From Ancylonema sp. (taxonomy: Eukaryota): 48,697 nt of DNA. Position numbers and translations under genes: made by a program. The first letter of the stretch is position 1. Every line of letters starts with the position of its first letter. Under the pieces are notes generated by a model. The model saw only the letters and a program-made list of their open reading frames with translations. It made no database searches and had not been told where the DNA came from. The stretch covers positions 62,001 through 110,697 of the forward strand of contig JBFLGF010000061.1 of NCBI GenBank assembly GCA_050230475.1, in the 5' to 3' direction. Positions 24,130 through 38,182 of this stretch are shown here, in pieces.

Positions 24130-25306
24130 TTCAAGAACGAGCTAAGAGATGTTTCGCATCGGTGATTGCCTTCTCGGTCTGATATAATCATTTTCACACA
24201 TCAGCAATCATCTTGGAAAAGCAAACCCTTGAGCTTCACTCAACTAAAATATCATAAACACATTATTTGACATCTATTGATGCGAATAATAATTTGCGCC
24301 CAAATAGAGCCAAGGCCATCGCTCTAACCACAACAACATTTCCAAAATAGTTGAGGAAAGTCTCGGATGATCGGCAATTGAGGTCAAAACGGTATGCGAC
24401 ATCCTTACAGACGTGTACAAGCTTACAAGAAACGATCATTTAGAGTATCCTAAACTTCCACCACCAATGTTTTTCGAGGATAGGAAGTCTGACGATCGTC
24501 TTGATGTAGGCGAATTGTCACATGCACCATATCCACACAATAATGAGTTATGGCAAAATAATCATGAAACAGGGTGTAGTAAGTCGATTGTTATATGACA
24601 AATGTAAGGAAAAGAAGAAGATAAGCCGCGTGACCTCTAAAGAAAATGTGCACGAGACGCACTTCACACATGAGGAGCTCTATTCTTACGGAGGAGACAT
24701 ACTACAAGCCAATTCTATCCAAGGCTCTCGCATCAGGGTCGCAACAAGGACAAGCGCTTCCATGGATTTTAGGCCTGCAAGTGAAAACACCAAAACGATG
24801 AAAAAATGAACTTTGGTTCCATGATTCCTTTGTTTGTTGGAATCGATTTTTTTTGTGGGTAAATTTACGTGCTCTTCATTGGCTATTAGAACTCATTTGT
24901 GATATGATTTGAGAGGGATAGCGCATATTACACAACTAGCTAAAGGACGAAAATGTCGATATGGCACAACCCCTCTCACATGCGCAACAAGGACTACAAC
25001 CCACATATCAACTCCCACACCTGCAACACTCTCCCCCCTATTTACAAGTGTCACTAAATAAGGCCCCCACATCATCATGACCCGTCACCCTTGTTATTCC
25101 CATAAATAGGAACATGAAGCACCACAACCTCAGAATATACTCCTCATATGTGATGGTGGCAATCCAGATTTGTGATACAGACACCCTTCCACACGTGTCC
25201 TTCACTAGTCACACAAACACATACGCCTCCGGAAAGATGTGAACCAAATCATAATGTTGGGACAATGAAGGTGTGGTCTCATATAACGAGTGACATCGAT
25301 CTCCCC

Positions 25307-28300
25307 TCACTTTGCGGCTGCCTCGGCCCGTGCCCCTGTGGTAAGAGTGAGGATGAGAGGGTCATTCAGTCGGGTCCAACCCGAGGATCCGCCCTCCATC
25401 TGCCAAACCACACAATTGACCCGAGTTAGGTACACGGTTGGGTACATTGGGAGGAGACACATATGGCGACATGGTGACTTCCAACCGATCAAAGAGCACC
25501 AAAGTGGGGCCATGCCACGTCACCTCCTGTGGGGTGAGCAAACACCCCTCCAACGTGTTGCGGATCGCGCTCTCGTCCATGACCGAGGTGCCGATGAAAA
25601 CCAACTGCGTGACATCAGCATGGAAGCGACACGGCGTCATCATGATGTCATCATGACAGCAGCATGAGGTCGGCATGACGTCCTCGTGACATCAGCAAGC
25701 CATGATGGGGGTCTACTCCACCCCTCCCAGCCTCTCTCCTCAGCCAGCCCACGAGTACAGCCAGCACTGGCAGGTGCGAGCGAGAAACTTCTCAGAAACA
25801 TCCTAACATGCATGCGTGATGAGATATAGCCATCCCCCGATACGACCAGCTTACCTCCTGGCGTGGGCCCCGCTGGTCCCAGATAGCGCCTGGCTGCACT
25901 TCGATGACGTTCCCGGCGATCACCCACTCCCTGCACCGCATCCCCCTCAAAACCTCAGAACTTCAAAACAACCCCTAAAACCCCAGAATGCAGAATCTGC
26001 TGTCTGATCCCAATTCTCCTCCCCAGACCTCCACACCTCCACAACCCTACAACCGAATATTCGGAATGTAGATGACATCGCGCCCCCTCCCCCCCTCATA
26101 TTCGTTGTCTGCTCAGTTCATTTCACCTGGCGTGGCTCATGCAGGTGGCCAGCCACAGCAGCCCCTTGCTCCTCAACACCCCCGTGAGGAAAGTTTTTTC
26201 AGCTGCCCGGTGCCTGCCTTTCAATTCTTTTCTCGCCGCCCGAACCACGTCGGCGAGCCTCTGAGGATGAAACGGTCTCCCCCCCTCTGCGAAAACGAAG
26301 CTGGAGATGGGGTGTCCAGGTACCGAATCCGATTCGTCCGTACCACATGTCGCCGAATCGGATTCCTCCCTGCCCTGAACGTGACTGTGACCGTGATCGC
26401 GTGTGTGGCTGTGGGTGCTCGTCCCACCACGTTGCGCCACGTGTCCTCGCGAGGTGTGCCTCATTGGCCGAGAGATCCCATCCGGATTTGGAGGCGCGTC
26501 TCCGGAGGGAGGGCGGATCTCGTCGCCCTCACACGAGGGAGGGCGTATCTGATCCTCTTTCCTGCCCCAGGGAGGTGCAACCTGCCTGCGGTTGCTGCGA
26601 GGCGCCAGCAAGACTGGTTGGGGGACAACCCCGAACCGGGCGAGCTAGGGTGGGGGACCAGGGGGGGGGGGTCAAGGGTGCTGGATGTCTAAATCTAAGG
26701 CCCAGAGGCGTATGCAGACATCATTTTGGGGATTATGTGTGGGTGCGCCTACCTGGAGGTCTGCTTTTGGGTTCAGAGCAGACAGGGTGGCAGAACATTC
26801 GCGCAGCTGGGAGGGGGAGACTCGGTCCACCTTGTTGAGGATGATGAGGTCAGCACCCTCAATCTGCAGCAGAGATGATGATGTCATCGTTTTTTTTGTG
26901 GGGGGGGCAGTAGGAAGGGGCAAAACCCAGAGAAATCTTCGGAAAAACCCAGGAAGTTATCTGGGAAGAAACTCCGAAAACGACCCCCACACCATCCCAG
27001 GGAATTGGAATGCCGAAAAGAAGCTCAATCCAATCACACACAATACCTGCGCGATCAGCAGCTGGCCCGTAGCAGGGTCCAGGTCAGCAGCGCCACCTGG
27101 CGCTCTCCCATTGGCCGTGTCCAGCCACGTGAGGATGGTACCAGCGTCCACCACCGTCACCTGCACAAAAAAGGTCCCCCCAGGATAAAACAACAGAGCC
27201 AGGTGCTATGCTGGTCACCGTCCCCATGGCGGAGCAGGGATGAGGGGGGGGGGGAAGGGTACCAGGCTGTTCAGCGGGGCTTGGGCAGAAATGGGGAGGT
27301 GGCGGGCAGCAGCATCGAGAAATATGCGGTGGACGTTTTGCAGCTGGGGTGGGGGGGGGGGATGGGGGGGGAGGGTGATGTTAGGATGGCTACAAAATGT
27401 GGTTTTTTTACCAATGGGTTCTCTTTTAAACCAGAGATTAATATTGCAGGTTACAGGTGACAGTAGGGGGGGATGGTGGTTGAAAATACATATTTACTTC
27501 ATGATCGAGAGGGGAGGGGAAAAAAAAAGAGTGTATTATACGATTAAGGGAGACTCAGCAGTGTCATTCATATCTACAATGTGCTCAGATCTCGATTCTG
27601 ATTCCGATCGTGATGGTGATCATTATCGATATGATTGTTGCAATTTATTCTTTTTATTCATATATTATTCTATTACTCTATTCTACTTTTCTTCTATTCT
27701 TTTATTCTTCTATTCTATTATTTTCCTTATTGATAACGAAGATGGTGATGCTCATCATCGCCGTTATTGAAATCACAATCACGGCCACAAGTCATGCTTA
27801 CAACCCTGCGTGTGACCACAAATCAATCCAAAAATTGCACCAGAGCCACCCCAGAGCACTCGACAATGATATGATCCAAATCTGGGCTGCTTCCCAGAAG
27901 CTTCCGGATGGATCCCAGAAGGTCCTGTCCCGCATCGCAGCACACACACCCTGCGACCAGGAATTCGATGTAACAAGATTTTGATGGTTATTGAGTGATG
28001 CGCCCTTCAAGAATTTTGAAATTGTTGGCAAATGAGAGTCTACAGGCATCACAACATGGGCCTGTATTTAGAATTGAAATAATTGAATCATTTGCAAATT
28101 TGGAGACAATCACTAGTAGACGGGCTTGATTTATACAAATTTGTGTGCCCTTCTCCCTTCAGCGCAGTTTTCCTCGAATCCACCGAAGTACAGTTTTTAA
28201 TTTAAGATGTAAAAGGAATGGTGAAGACTGATTCGTTATTCGCAACACATTCGGTGTGGGGGACAAGTCTTGTGGTCATGTGCCTACCTGCATGCAGCTC

Positions 28301-29013
28301 AGCGAAATTTTCGATGGAAAGCCCGGCATTGTGTTGGTGGAGGAATCGAGCATCCACCTTCACCTGTAGAAAACACATCACATTGTTTCCAAACCTCTTC
28401 GTGTGATTGTTGTCAAAATGCCGGATGCACCAAAATGGGAATCACACATCCGAGAAGCTACCTAACTACGAATCTTTCATCACTTAGCATCGATTGGAGT
28501 GAAAGCATTCGTGAATGTTTGTAAAAACTGCATTAAAAGATACACATGCATACATGATGATAGCATGACATTCGCTATCTAACTTTACGCACAAACATGC
28601 AAATAAATGCACATCTATCTAACTTTACGCACAAACATGCAAATAAATGCACATCTGCACATATATATATGGGTGTGCGTGTAGATATAGCCTAGTGTAT
28701 GTATGGATATCATGAATGTACAGATTAGTGAATGTATGTATGGATATGAGCATGCATGTATGCATGCATTTGTGTATGTATGTATGTATGTATGCGTAAA
28801 AGTATGTTTGTATTTTCGAACATTTTCGGCCGTTTTACACAAATATTTCATGTATCACATATCAAGCGCTTACAATCGTGTGTTCAGCTATCAATGAATT
28901 GTACATTCGTGTTCAGGGTTATATTTGTACGGACACACCTCTGCCAGGTCATTGACGATGATTCCGATCCGCAACTCTCCCCGATTGGTGAGCGTGTGTG
29001 CCAACACACTGGT
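25307..29013 (-). CDS. CobW/COG0523 (G3E family) metal-chaperone GTPase, multi-exon, 5'-partial
   Basis: Exons TSVLAHTLTN..IGIIVNDLAE, GCVCC (CxCC), DHIIVECSG, VTVVDA, QIEGADLIILNKVD, RPFHPQRL, VLRSKGLLWLAT, RQELVFIG, MEGG..WTRLNDP; His-rich linker. The Walker A exon is not seen and is presumably in the N gap at 29127. Confidence 0.9.
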
Positions 29014-29127
29014 CTGAACGGAGCACAAACAAGCCGTGATCAGTTTAAGCTAATACTGATCACAAACCGATCGCGCAGAAGACCTACATGTGCAACGAAG
29101 TGCTAGCTAGACAGTCTCGCATATGAN

Positions 29128-31566
29128 ACGGAACCGGGGTGCAGGCAAAGTACTTGGAGTGGTGGTGCAGACTGGACCGGAGAACTAGGTAAGACCTGCG
29201 CAGAGGAAGGGTTGGAGATCCATGGAGCTATTTATTGAAAATGAACCTTTCATTCGATCAATTGTATACATGATCATAATTAGAAAACCCACAAACAGTG
29301 GAAACGGTTTTCTTCTATTTAGAGGGGGGGGTCTGGGGGGAGTCTGACTTTAAGCCCCGCATTTGGATCCACTCCTGGTTGTCTGCAGCGTCTTGGGACG
29401 GGGGCTCCTCCACGCAGCTGGGGCTGGCTGGGCGGCACAAAGGGGATGGCAGATGGCAGATGGCAGAAAGGGGGAGATTAATGGCAAATGGCAGAGAGGG
29501 GGAGATAAATGGCAAATGGCAGCAGAGAAGAGGCAGAAAAGAGGCAGAAATGGCAGAAATGACATGACGCGAAATTCAATGAAGGCCTGGATCTGCTCAC
29601 CGTAGCGTAAATTCTGCAGTTCCAAATCCCCTCGTAGCCTCTGACCCAGGGCCACGTCAGCAAAGAGGTGCCACATCAGCATACTTGACAGGGCGAGTCA
29701 GTTCAGCATCCCCTCCCCGTCCCTCAAACCGACCACATGTGAACACCATTTGCCATATCAGTGTTTGGGAGTAATCCGCCTGACCTGCATGGCCAGTCCG
29801 TGCATCAGACTCATGCTGTGCAGAAACCGGGCACGGAACAACCGCCCCCCGCCCACCTCCGCCTCCACCGCCGCCTCGTCAAAACTCACCACCTGGAGGG
29901 AACCACAGACGGTTAACCGCAGTCAGAGTGCAACCGGTTGTGGCAGGTTCGTGGGTCAGGGGGGCTGTACCAAGAGAGCAGCATCAGCCCACTTGGAGCT
30001 GGGGGTGGGGGGGGGAGGGGGTGGGGGGGGAGGATGAAGATGTCGAGGTGTTGAGGTGTTGAGGTGAGTGATTTTTGCATTTGAGCTAACAATTTGCTAC
30101 ATTTCCTTCCAAAAAAAAACAAAACTGGTTTTATACAAATGTATCTTTGTGAATAAGCGCACACACGTGTATGCAGAATCCTTTCTGTAGACATCAGCAT
30201 TTGTATTCAAGTACATGCGTACCTGTACACATATTGTACATATTTGTATATTTCAAATGCATGGACATACATATATGTGTGTCGAGGCATGTGCGACTCA
30301 TTCGATTTATAGTCTATTATACCCTCTTGAGTGTTCCAGATTTCAGGAGGCAGGAGGAAGGTTCTGGGAAATTACCTCATTTGAGCCAGCATGGACCGGC
30401 CCACCCAGTACCTCTGCCATAATTGACCAAAAAAAATTAAAAAAATTGTTGTGTATCGATCCAGATACACATGCTCTTCCACGGCGTTCATTGAAGCTAT
30501 TAAATGCAACGATGACATCCTCACTTAGTTTTTATTTTCCTGCGACCATCATATGCGTTTTTTTTTTTTTTTTAACATCATTTTATGTCTGCCTTGAAAA
30601 GAACCCCTTGACAAAAAAAATAACGAATACAAACATTCACACAAATAAAATTCAAAATGAGGGTGTCCTCTGAGTGTTGAATCAAGGGTGTTGTCTTGCT
30701 AGGAGCAAACCAATCATTTCAATTTCAGCTGCCACCTGTCAACCATCCATTTACTGACCGCATAGCTGAGGTTGACTCGGAACACAAGGACGAAAGAAAG
30801 GATGCTAGCAAATACCGCATCTGAACAGAGAAGGAAAGTGGGAAGAGGATCGTGATTGAATTTGAATTCAGAAGGATAAAAGGTAACAGCTTCTATGCGC
30901 ATCTATAACAGCGATTCTGTTCCGACACTGATCTGATCAGGTCAGTCGGAGAGGTCGACAATTACGGCATTGCGGCCATGACATACCTCCCTTATTATCA
31001 AAATATTTAGCGCACCTCATCTCGTTTCTTATGCGTCACATGTGGTGCGTACAAATGGTTTTCGATCGATCGACTGGTAGCTTATTACTGGTCTCCACAT
31101 CCACGGCCGAAGTAATGATCTAAAACGCGAGACCGTATCTCTGATTCGAAGAACAAAATAATCTACAATGAATACTGCACTTTAAAAAGTGGTGTTTTTG
31201 GCTCAAGGCGGCCACGTGGGAAATTTCCAGAGTAATTCTAAAAAACAATGCATAATTCGAGAAAACTATGATAACATAGGATGTGACGCCCAGACCTTTT
31301 ATGTCTCCAATTTTTTCTTTTTTGGATGCGATGTTGATGTGGAGTGCACATTCACAGAAATTTTGCGGACATCATAGACTTTCAGGTCGCTTACACGTGT
31401 AGGGGTGGAGGAATAGATGACTGGCAGTATGTTGTGTCCCGAAACTTCTCAGAAGTGCCCCAAAAATAGTGCTAGGGACCCCAAGAACAAAGGCTCGTGG
31501 CCACGACGAGCCGTAGACGCGGCCCAGTAGGTTAAAGGCGCCAAAGCCCTTCTTGTATATAATCAT
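29128..31566 (-). CDS. Bestrophin-family (RFP-TM) anion channel-like gene, multi-exon, 3'-partial
   Basis: Spliced MIIYKKGFGAFNLLGRVYGSSWP..HPYT/YAVFASILSFVLVFRVNLSYA/RYWVGR..MSSKWADA/..FLHSMSLMHGLAMQ/RLRGD..: the FRxNxSYxRYW-GR bestrophin signature; ends at the N at 29127. Confidence 0.75.
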
Positions 31567-32064
31567 AAGATAGGATTCTGTTCACATTCACTATAATCCT
31601 TTAGTCTTCGTACCAAATTTTAATCATCGTCAGATTGTCTCTATAGTGCATCGCAAAGAAGGTGAAGGATCAGAACGTGCCATTCCGGTACAACCTTGCT
31701 ATATCAGTAGTACCTGACAAAGTCAACACCATGTCCTCCCGCTCGCCGTGGCATTTCTGTCAGAGTGGCATTTCAGGAGTTGAGCATCTTCAGCGCCAGC
31801 ATACCGTAGCGGCCAGAGATAACACCCATCTAAATAATTATTTGGGGGGGGGGGTTGGTGGTTTATTAATTTCAATTAATAATGTGTAATATTGTTTGGC
31901 CGAAGAAAGATCCACGGTAGAAATCAGGTTGCACGGTAAAATTCGCCGTGTTCTGTCCAGTATGGTCGTTGACCGTTGACCGTTGACCGTGGATCCGTGA
32001 CATGGCGATTGCGCCATTGCGCCATTGCGCCACCCTAGGAAGAACCCGACAATATTACCATATC

Positions 32065-32545
32065 TCAGGCGAATTTTGCCCCCAAGAGGGGTGACAGAGT
32101 GACTGAACCCGTTAATTTGAACCCTAAGTTTGTGTCCTTTGCTCTTGAGACGTACGGTGCTTTGTCGGATAGGTCGGATCGATTTTTGGTCGAGTGTGCC
32201 ACGTTAGCTTCTAGGGAGTGTGCAAGATCAGGGCCGTCCATTAGATTGTTATGCACATGGTTCCGTCAGAGAGTGTCGATCGCATTGCAGCGGTCGCTAG
32301 CACATGCGATACATGCTAGAACCCTACGTCTAAAGCAATCCATGGCCTTGTTACCCCCCCCACCACCGCGCGTTGCACTTTCTTCTTCGGGAGTTGCATA
32401 TAATTGCTAGTTTTGGCTAGAACGTTAGGCTCTCATTTTTTTGTCGTTTTTAGGATATATAGTTTCTTTACTTTACTTTTCTTTTCTTTACGTTCTTGTA
32501 ATGAGATGGGGCTCCCGTCGTTTTTCTATAATATACACTTTCTCT
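32065..32545 (+). mobile_element. 5'-truncated non-LTR retrotransposon 3' end (RLE-type, CRE-like)
   Basis: ORF 32099-32410 has FVSFALETYGALS...WFRQRVSIALQRS, matching the C-terminus of restriction-like-endonuclease LINEs; its 3' UTR is repeated at 16162-16329. Confidence 0.7.
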
Positions 32546-32685
32546 AAAAAGAACGTTAATTTAAACCCTCAAAGATACCCTACAATATTTGGCTATCAAG
32601 GACAATATTCCCATATCAGCAACATCCAGACCGATTTTTCAGATTAATATTTCTAAGGCCTTAGGTAGAAAGGTACCGTTACTAA

Positions 32686-33324
32686 GAGCGTACGTTATGC
32701 CCGGGCTTAATAGGGTCCTAAGTGGACAGGTTAACTTAGGACCCAAATTTTGGCGTAACGTTTCGATAATTGGTGATCTATGTGGACCGGGTCCGAAGTG
32801 GCCTCGCTAAAATTATGACCGATCCCAGGCATCGATGACTCGTAAAGTTCGCGCGTCAAAGTTGTTGAGTGTGTAATGCTCCCCTCCGTACTCTTTTCGT
32901 ACAGTGTTAGAACGACTGAACAACTCCTCGACGGCAGGAGCAGAAACTACGTTACCGCGCGCCATTATACACTGTTGACAGGACCACAGCTTGCGTAGGC
33001 ATATACGTAGGTATGTACTGTGTGGCGCGAAATACAGGTGCATTTTGATCGAATTTCAAACGAAACAGGGACCCACTATATTGAGCCACGACAGTAAAAA
33101 ACACTCACTTGGGACCCTGATTAAGCCCCTGTTTGGGTCCCAAGTGAGGCCTTCCCTTGGGACCCAAACCCGGGCTTATCAGGGTCCCAAGTGGTCGTAA
33201 TCGGGCGCAATCCACTTAGGACCCGGTCCGGTCTGCCATAATTTTCACTTTCGGGTCCTAAGTGAAAGTGAAACCGGGCGCAAGTCACTTAGGACCCTAT
33301 TAAGCCCGGGCATAACGTTCACTC
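32686..33324. mobile_element. PIF/Harbinger-type MITE, family B
   Basis: 39-bp TIRs GAGCGTACGTTATGCCCGGGCTTAATAGGGTCCTAAGTG / CACTTAGGACCCTATTAAGCCCGGGCATAACGTTCACTC (2 mismatches), TSD TAA; subterminal CTT(A/G)GGACCC repeats. Confidence 0.88.
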
Positions 33325-34337
33325 TAAGAACAATTTGGTTTTTAAGGCTAATTTGGTTCGGATATCTACCTAAGCCTTAGAAACCCGAAACTGGCGGGCA
33401 AAACATTTCGTTCGAGCCCGGTATTAAGTCATATCAAATATGAAATGGCGGGGGGGGGGAATGGGGAGGGGGATAGTTTATTAAATATGGTCCGGGGGGA
33501 GGGAATAAGGGGTGGATAATTTGATTTATCACCTTAAAAAATGGGGGAAGGGGTAATCTTCGGCCAATACAGTAATGCGCAAACCCATGTCACGTGAGGT
33601 TGGGGGTAGGGGTTTGGAAGTGTGGAGGCCATTTGCATTTTCAACTCAATGCAACTCAACTCTGAACTCTCAACTCTCAACTCTCAACTCAATACATACT
33701 CATTTGCGCACTCACTCGTTCACAAACTAATGAACACACCCATTTGCGCAGCACATTGACATCGCTTCTTTCTCATAAAAGCAAGTGAAAGCAACATCGG
33801 AGAAGAATTGTCACTTCAGTAGTCCGGTAGCAAAATCTGGGTCGAACCACGAAAGGCGTCACTTTTCATTTTCACTTAACGCAGATTAATGACTCACGTC
33901 CCTAGATACGTTATACGATCGATCTAAACCGTGTATACAAAATCTAGAACGGTTCGGGGAAAATATCGCGTTCCTGTCCAATTTACAGCCCTAGATACAA
34001 CAGACGATCAATCTAAACCACATACGGGAAACTGACTTAATGTAACGCGCACCTACACGTCGCGCCACAGACAATACACGTCTACACATTAATATACTTC
34101 ACTGACACATTCACCGATACATTATTTCAACCAATCCCGTCACTAATTTGTCAGGCCAAAAAAACTGACACCTGAAATATTAACCAATCATACCACTAAT
34201 CTTGCGAAACAAAATAACACGTCACGCCACTATTTAGTACGGTCACCAAGTTCATTTAATCAGTTTATAGACACCCACGCGCAAATCGATCCCCGCCGAA
34301 GCACCGAAAAGCGACAAAGTTCTCCGTAAACTATTTA

Positions 34338-34944
34338 GAGCACTGTTTATGACCACACCTTTTGGCACCACCTTTTGAAAATTTTCAAAATAAGGTAGGA
34401 ACTGTGCTCGCGGCCCTGTTTATGACCACACCTTTTTCGTCTATAACGAAAACATCAAAAGGTGGGCTGCCTTTTAAACGGCAGTCCACACCTTATTTAG
34501 CCAAATAAGGTGTGGACTGCCATCAAAAGGCAGCCCACCTTTTGGACGTGTTCCCTTCGCCGAGCGTTGTCTCGCGTGGGAATTTATTGCTTTTCGCGAA
34601 ACATCGCGAAACATCGCGAAATATCGCGAAATACCACGAAATATCGCGAAATACTTCGCGCCAGACCGAAAACGATCACTCGTCTGCGTCTCCAAGCGGC
34701 ATGCGTCTCCAGATTCTGGGTACTGTTTCTAGATCATAACACAACGGCAGCTAACGACAGGGGAACGGATGCAGGATGACGTGGGGGGTTCTAATAAGGT
34801 CGAATAAGGTGTGGTCATAAACAGGGACGTTTTTTCATACGTGTGAAAAATAAGGCATTGCGAAATATAGCTTCATATTTGGTTGTTAACCGCCGGGTAA
34901 CGACCGAAAAGGTGGTCTGAAAAGGTGTGGTCATAAACAGTGCT
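34338..34944. mobile_element. PIF/Harbinger-type MITE, family A copy 2 (inverted relative to 1511-2073)
   Basis: TTA|GAGCACTGTTTATGACCACACCTTTT ... AAAAGGTGTGGTCATAAACAGTGCT; colinear with the reverse complement of copy 1. Confidence 0.88.
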
Positions 34945-35259
34945 TAGAGCATAAGTTGTAACTAGACCCAACTGGTGCCCAACTCGTCAGGTTAACCTGA
35001 CGAGTTGGGCACCAGTTGGGTCTGTGAGTCAGGAAAACTTGGCGCGTCGTCGGTCCCTGACCCCACCGTGCCCAACTCGTTTCGCAAAAGATATAACCAG
35101 ACCCAACTGGTGCTGACGAGGATCGAATACTCTGAACTTCGCGCGCAATTTTGCTCGAAATGTTTACTGACCATAACTGCGCCGCTATTCAAGGCACTTG
35201 TCCTCGGTCACAGCTGTAAATTATTTTGCACGATATGCATCGCAGCACAATGTCGCTGC

Positions 35260-38037
35260 ATGTCCACGTTCAGTGAGGTCAGAGAAGACTGTTATAGATG
35301 GGCGACGTTCAATTACGATGCGGATGTGGATGACGAGCTTGAAAAGTCGCATAGAGCCCATCTTGTAGACAGAGAAGTCCAATTGGCTCTACATGCAACT
35401 TGTAAACGGAAATTGAGATCAGGTGGTCGTAATAAACGTCGTCCGCAGTACCATCGCGAAGCTCATAAAAGAATCATTAGAGACCATTTTGGTTACAAAG
35501 AAATAATCAACGATGCCGGTATTACGATTCAGAAAAAACAATCCGCTAGATTCCATAAGTCCAAGTTCCACCATAGGTTTCGCATGAGCCCAAGAGTATT
35601 TCAGAGAATTCATGACGACATTACAGATGCAGGATCGGCAATAGGTTCGTCCAGTTCGCACCTGACGCCTCCAGGAGGGAAAGAGCTTCCAATATGCAGA
35701 AGATTGTTTCTGCCATCCGTCAACTCGCGTACGGGGCGTGCTCAGACCCGTGCACGAATATACAGGAGTCGCGCAGAAGACTGACGACAAAGGCCTTGGA
35801 CAAGTTCTGCCGGTGGGTCATTCGCACCTATGGAGACGAGTTTCTAAACTCTTGGGGAACGGAGGAGATTAAGAAGGAAATGGAGGTGAATGCTAAGAGG
35901 GGATTTCCGGGGTTGATGGGAAGCATCGACTGCACACACTGGCAATGGAAGAACTGTCCGATGGCATGGCAGGGAATGTACCATGTCGTGCCGTTAAGCA
36001 TCGTGGCTCATTCACATGTGTAACCCATTCGATATAACGAACATTGTTATAATGAGTATGAATCACGTGCGAATTATGTGTCGTCTCATCACATGGAGTG
36101 TTTGCACCATGGAGTGTTTGCACATAGAATCATGACCTAGTCGAGGTCCGCCACACACACGTGATTGTACAAGCATCGCGCAAGTCAAATATTGTTTTCT
36201 AGTCTACCTATGGCAAGGCGTTGCCGTTGGTCTGAACGTAGAGTGTTCGAAGCTTATGAAAGGTATGAGATTGCAATATGCGATCTCTCAAGATCTGAAA
36301 TGAATTCACACTATCGCGAAAATGCCAGCCGAACACAATGAGAATTGGATGGACAATGGTATTGTATTCCTCAGAGATTCCCGAGGAGTGATAAGACCAA
36401 TTAAAGGTCGAAATCACTCCTGTTACAGACTTTATAGAACTCAGCTCAGCAATCTATGCTTAGTTACAAGGAAGCTACCATTCCTGTCGTATCGACTTAC
36501 GGCGCCGGCTCGGCGGTTTTTAGCTAGCCGACCTTACCTAGTTTATCCCAATTGTAAAACTAGCACGCTAGGACAGATGGTGCAACATGCTTTACACTCG
36601 AGCTGAGAAGATGTTAAACTAAAATACTGTAGTAGTGTCGTATGCGCACAGCTACTGACCAGGTATCGGCATAAGTCACAAAAATGGCGATCCACGCCCC
36701 TTGTCGCCTTCCCGCTACTAAGATGCCAACTTACGGCGCCTTTAACGCGGTGTGAATATTGCTAGGCGTTGACGGAGGAAACTGTAACGCTGAACTTGCC
36801 AGTGGCCTGGTAACGCAGCTCTCAGTACAATCCGTCCTTGGTGCCGCCAAATGTGCCGTAGGTGGCGGAACAACTATACGTTCGGTCTAACAAAGGCCTT
36901 AGATCCCTTTCACTTGACTAAGGGCAAATCCGTCCGAGGGACACGTGTTACTTCGAACATTTCGATAAGTAACCACGCGCATTCCGACTGTCAAATCGCA
37001 TTCCGACTCTCAAATATAGTCGTCCATGTCATCCGAATAGACACCTTCGCCATATAAGCACTTCTACCTTATAAGCGTTCACTAGCGTTATAAGTAGTTC
37101 TGAGCATATAATCACACTTCACCGTTCAGGCGTATTTACTCTATAGGTACTCTCACCGGATAGGCACACTTCGAGAAAATACATTCTCCACTCTATATAG
37201 GCTTCTCACCATATAAGCGTTAATCTTCGTATTGTCCGACACCCTAGACACTAAGCAACCTTACCAGGATAGAAACCATAAAAGAAGCATAGTGGCCGAG
37301 GCTATTTGTGGTCATGACATGTACTTCTATCAAGTGTATGTAGGATTGCCAGGTTCCCTCAATGACATTCATATCATGGGCCAGACAACCATGCAATCGA
37401 ATTACATGGAGTCTGGTGCTATCGACATGCATTACACGGTGGGGGGGGAGGAGTTTACTGGTGCCTACTTCTTGGCTGACGGCATTTATCCCGACTTTCC
37501 TTACCTTGTTAAAACGGTAGCGGAGCCAATTACTATGCAGGAGAAACTGTTTGCCAAAGTCCAAGAGGGGTGTAGAAAGGATGTAGAAAGGGCATTTGGT
37601 AGGATGCTAGCGAAGTGGCATATACTAGCAGGGGTTGCTCAAAGTTGGTCGCTACAGAACCTGACAGACATTTGGCTTATATGTTTTATACTTCACAACA
37701 TGACACTTCGGGACCAGCAATCTGCTAAGTTGGAGAAACAGGCACAGGTAGCTGCAGCAGCAGAAGCTTATGCACTCCGACATCCTACTTTTGGTCCCGC
37801 TCCTCCTCCGCCTTCTCCTCCTGTTCGTGCAACTGATCCTGATTTGGATGCAACAGACGACGACATGGATTACTGTGAGGGATTGTCCAGAGGATTTGCG
37901 TGGGTGAGCATAAAGGTAGAGACTTCGACGGCGTCATGGAAGCATTGGCCCAAATGAACGATAAAGGGATGTGTCTCCTGTTGCGTCAGAAGTTGATAGA
38001 GCATGTGTGGACGACCAAAGGGCAGGAATCTGCGTAG
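35260..38037 (+). pseudogene. Harbinger DDE transposase, frameshifted and interrupted by a 1.28-kb insertion
   Basis: FHHRFRMS, AIRQLAYG, RGFPGLMGSIDCTHWQWKNCPMAWQGMY|QDRNH, GLPGSLNDI, YFLADGIYP, QEGCRKDVERAFG, ILHNM, LIEHVW. Confidence 0.93.
35984..37261. mobile_element. 1278-bp insertion in the transposase, probably a solo LTR
   Basis: 5-bp TSD TACCA (35979-35983, 37262-37266); removal restores ATG TAC CAG GAT (M-Y-Q-D); TGTCG start and CGACA at 37237-37241. Confidence 0.75.
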
Positions 38038-38182
38038 ACATGATAGTTCACTGAATTCTCTTTTTGAAGCCACTTGAAGCCACTTAAGGCTGACACGAGA
38101 ACCCACATTCTATCTGTGTTTTGTAATGATCACTTTCAATTCTTTGACTTGTTGTATTGTGGAGTGCGAACGTATACATGCG

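Larger units (their letters stand above)
31892..33572. mobile_element. Possible Tc1/mariner(pogo)-type non-autonomous element hosting later insertions
   Basis: Imperfect TIRs TA|TTGT-TTGGCCGAAGA ... TCTTCGGCCAATACAG|TA with TA flanks. Confidence 0.35.

Noticed and set aside
25307..31566. Bestrophin-CobW fusion gene
   Set aside because: The two halves meet at an N (29127), and both the bestrophin C-terminal half and the CobW Walker A exon are missing. A sequence gap explains this better than a fusion.
35978..37267. Transposase insertion acting as a spliceable intron (GT at 35978, CAG at 37267)
   Set aside because: That splice would delete 7 coding bases and shift the frame.
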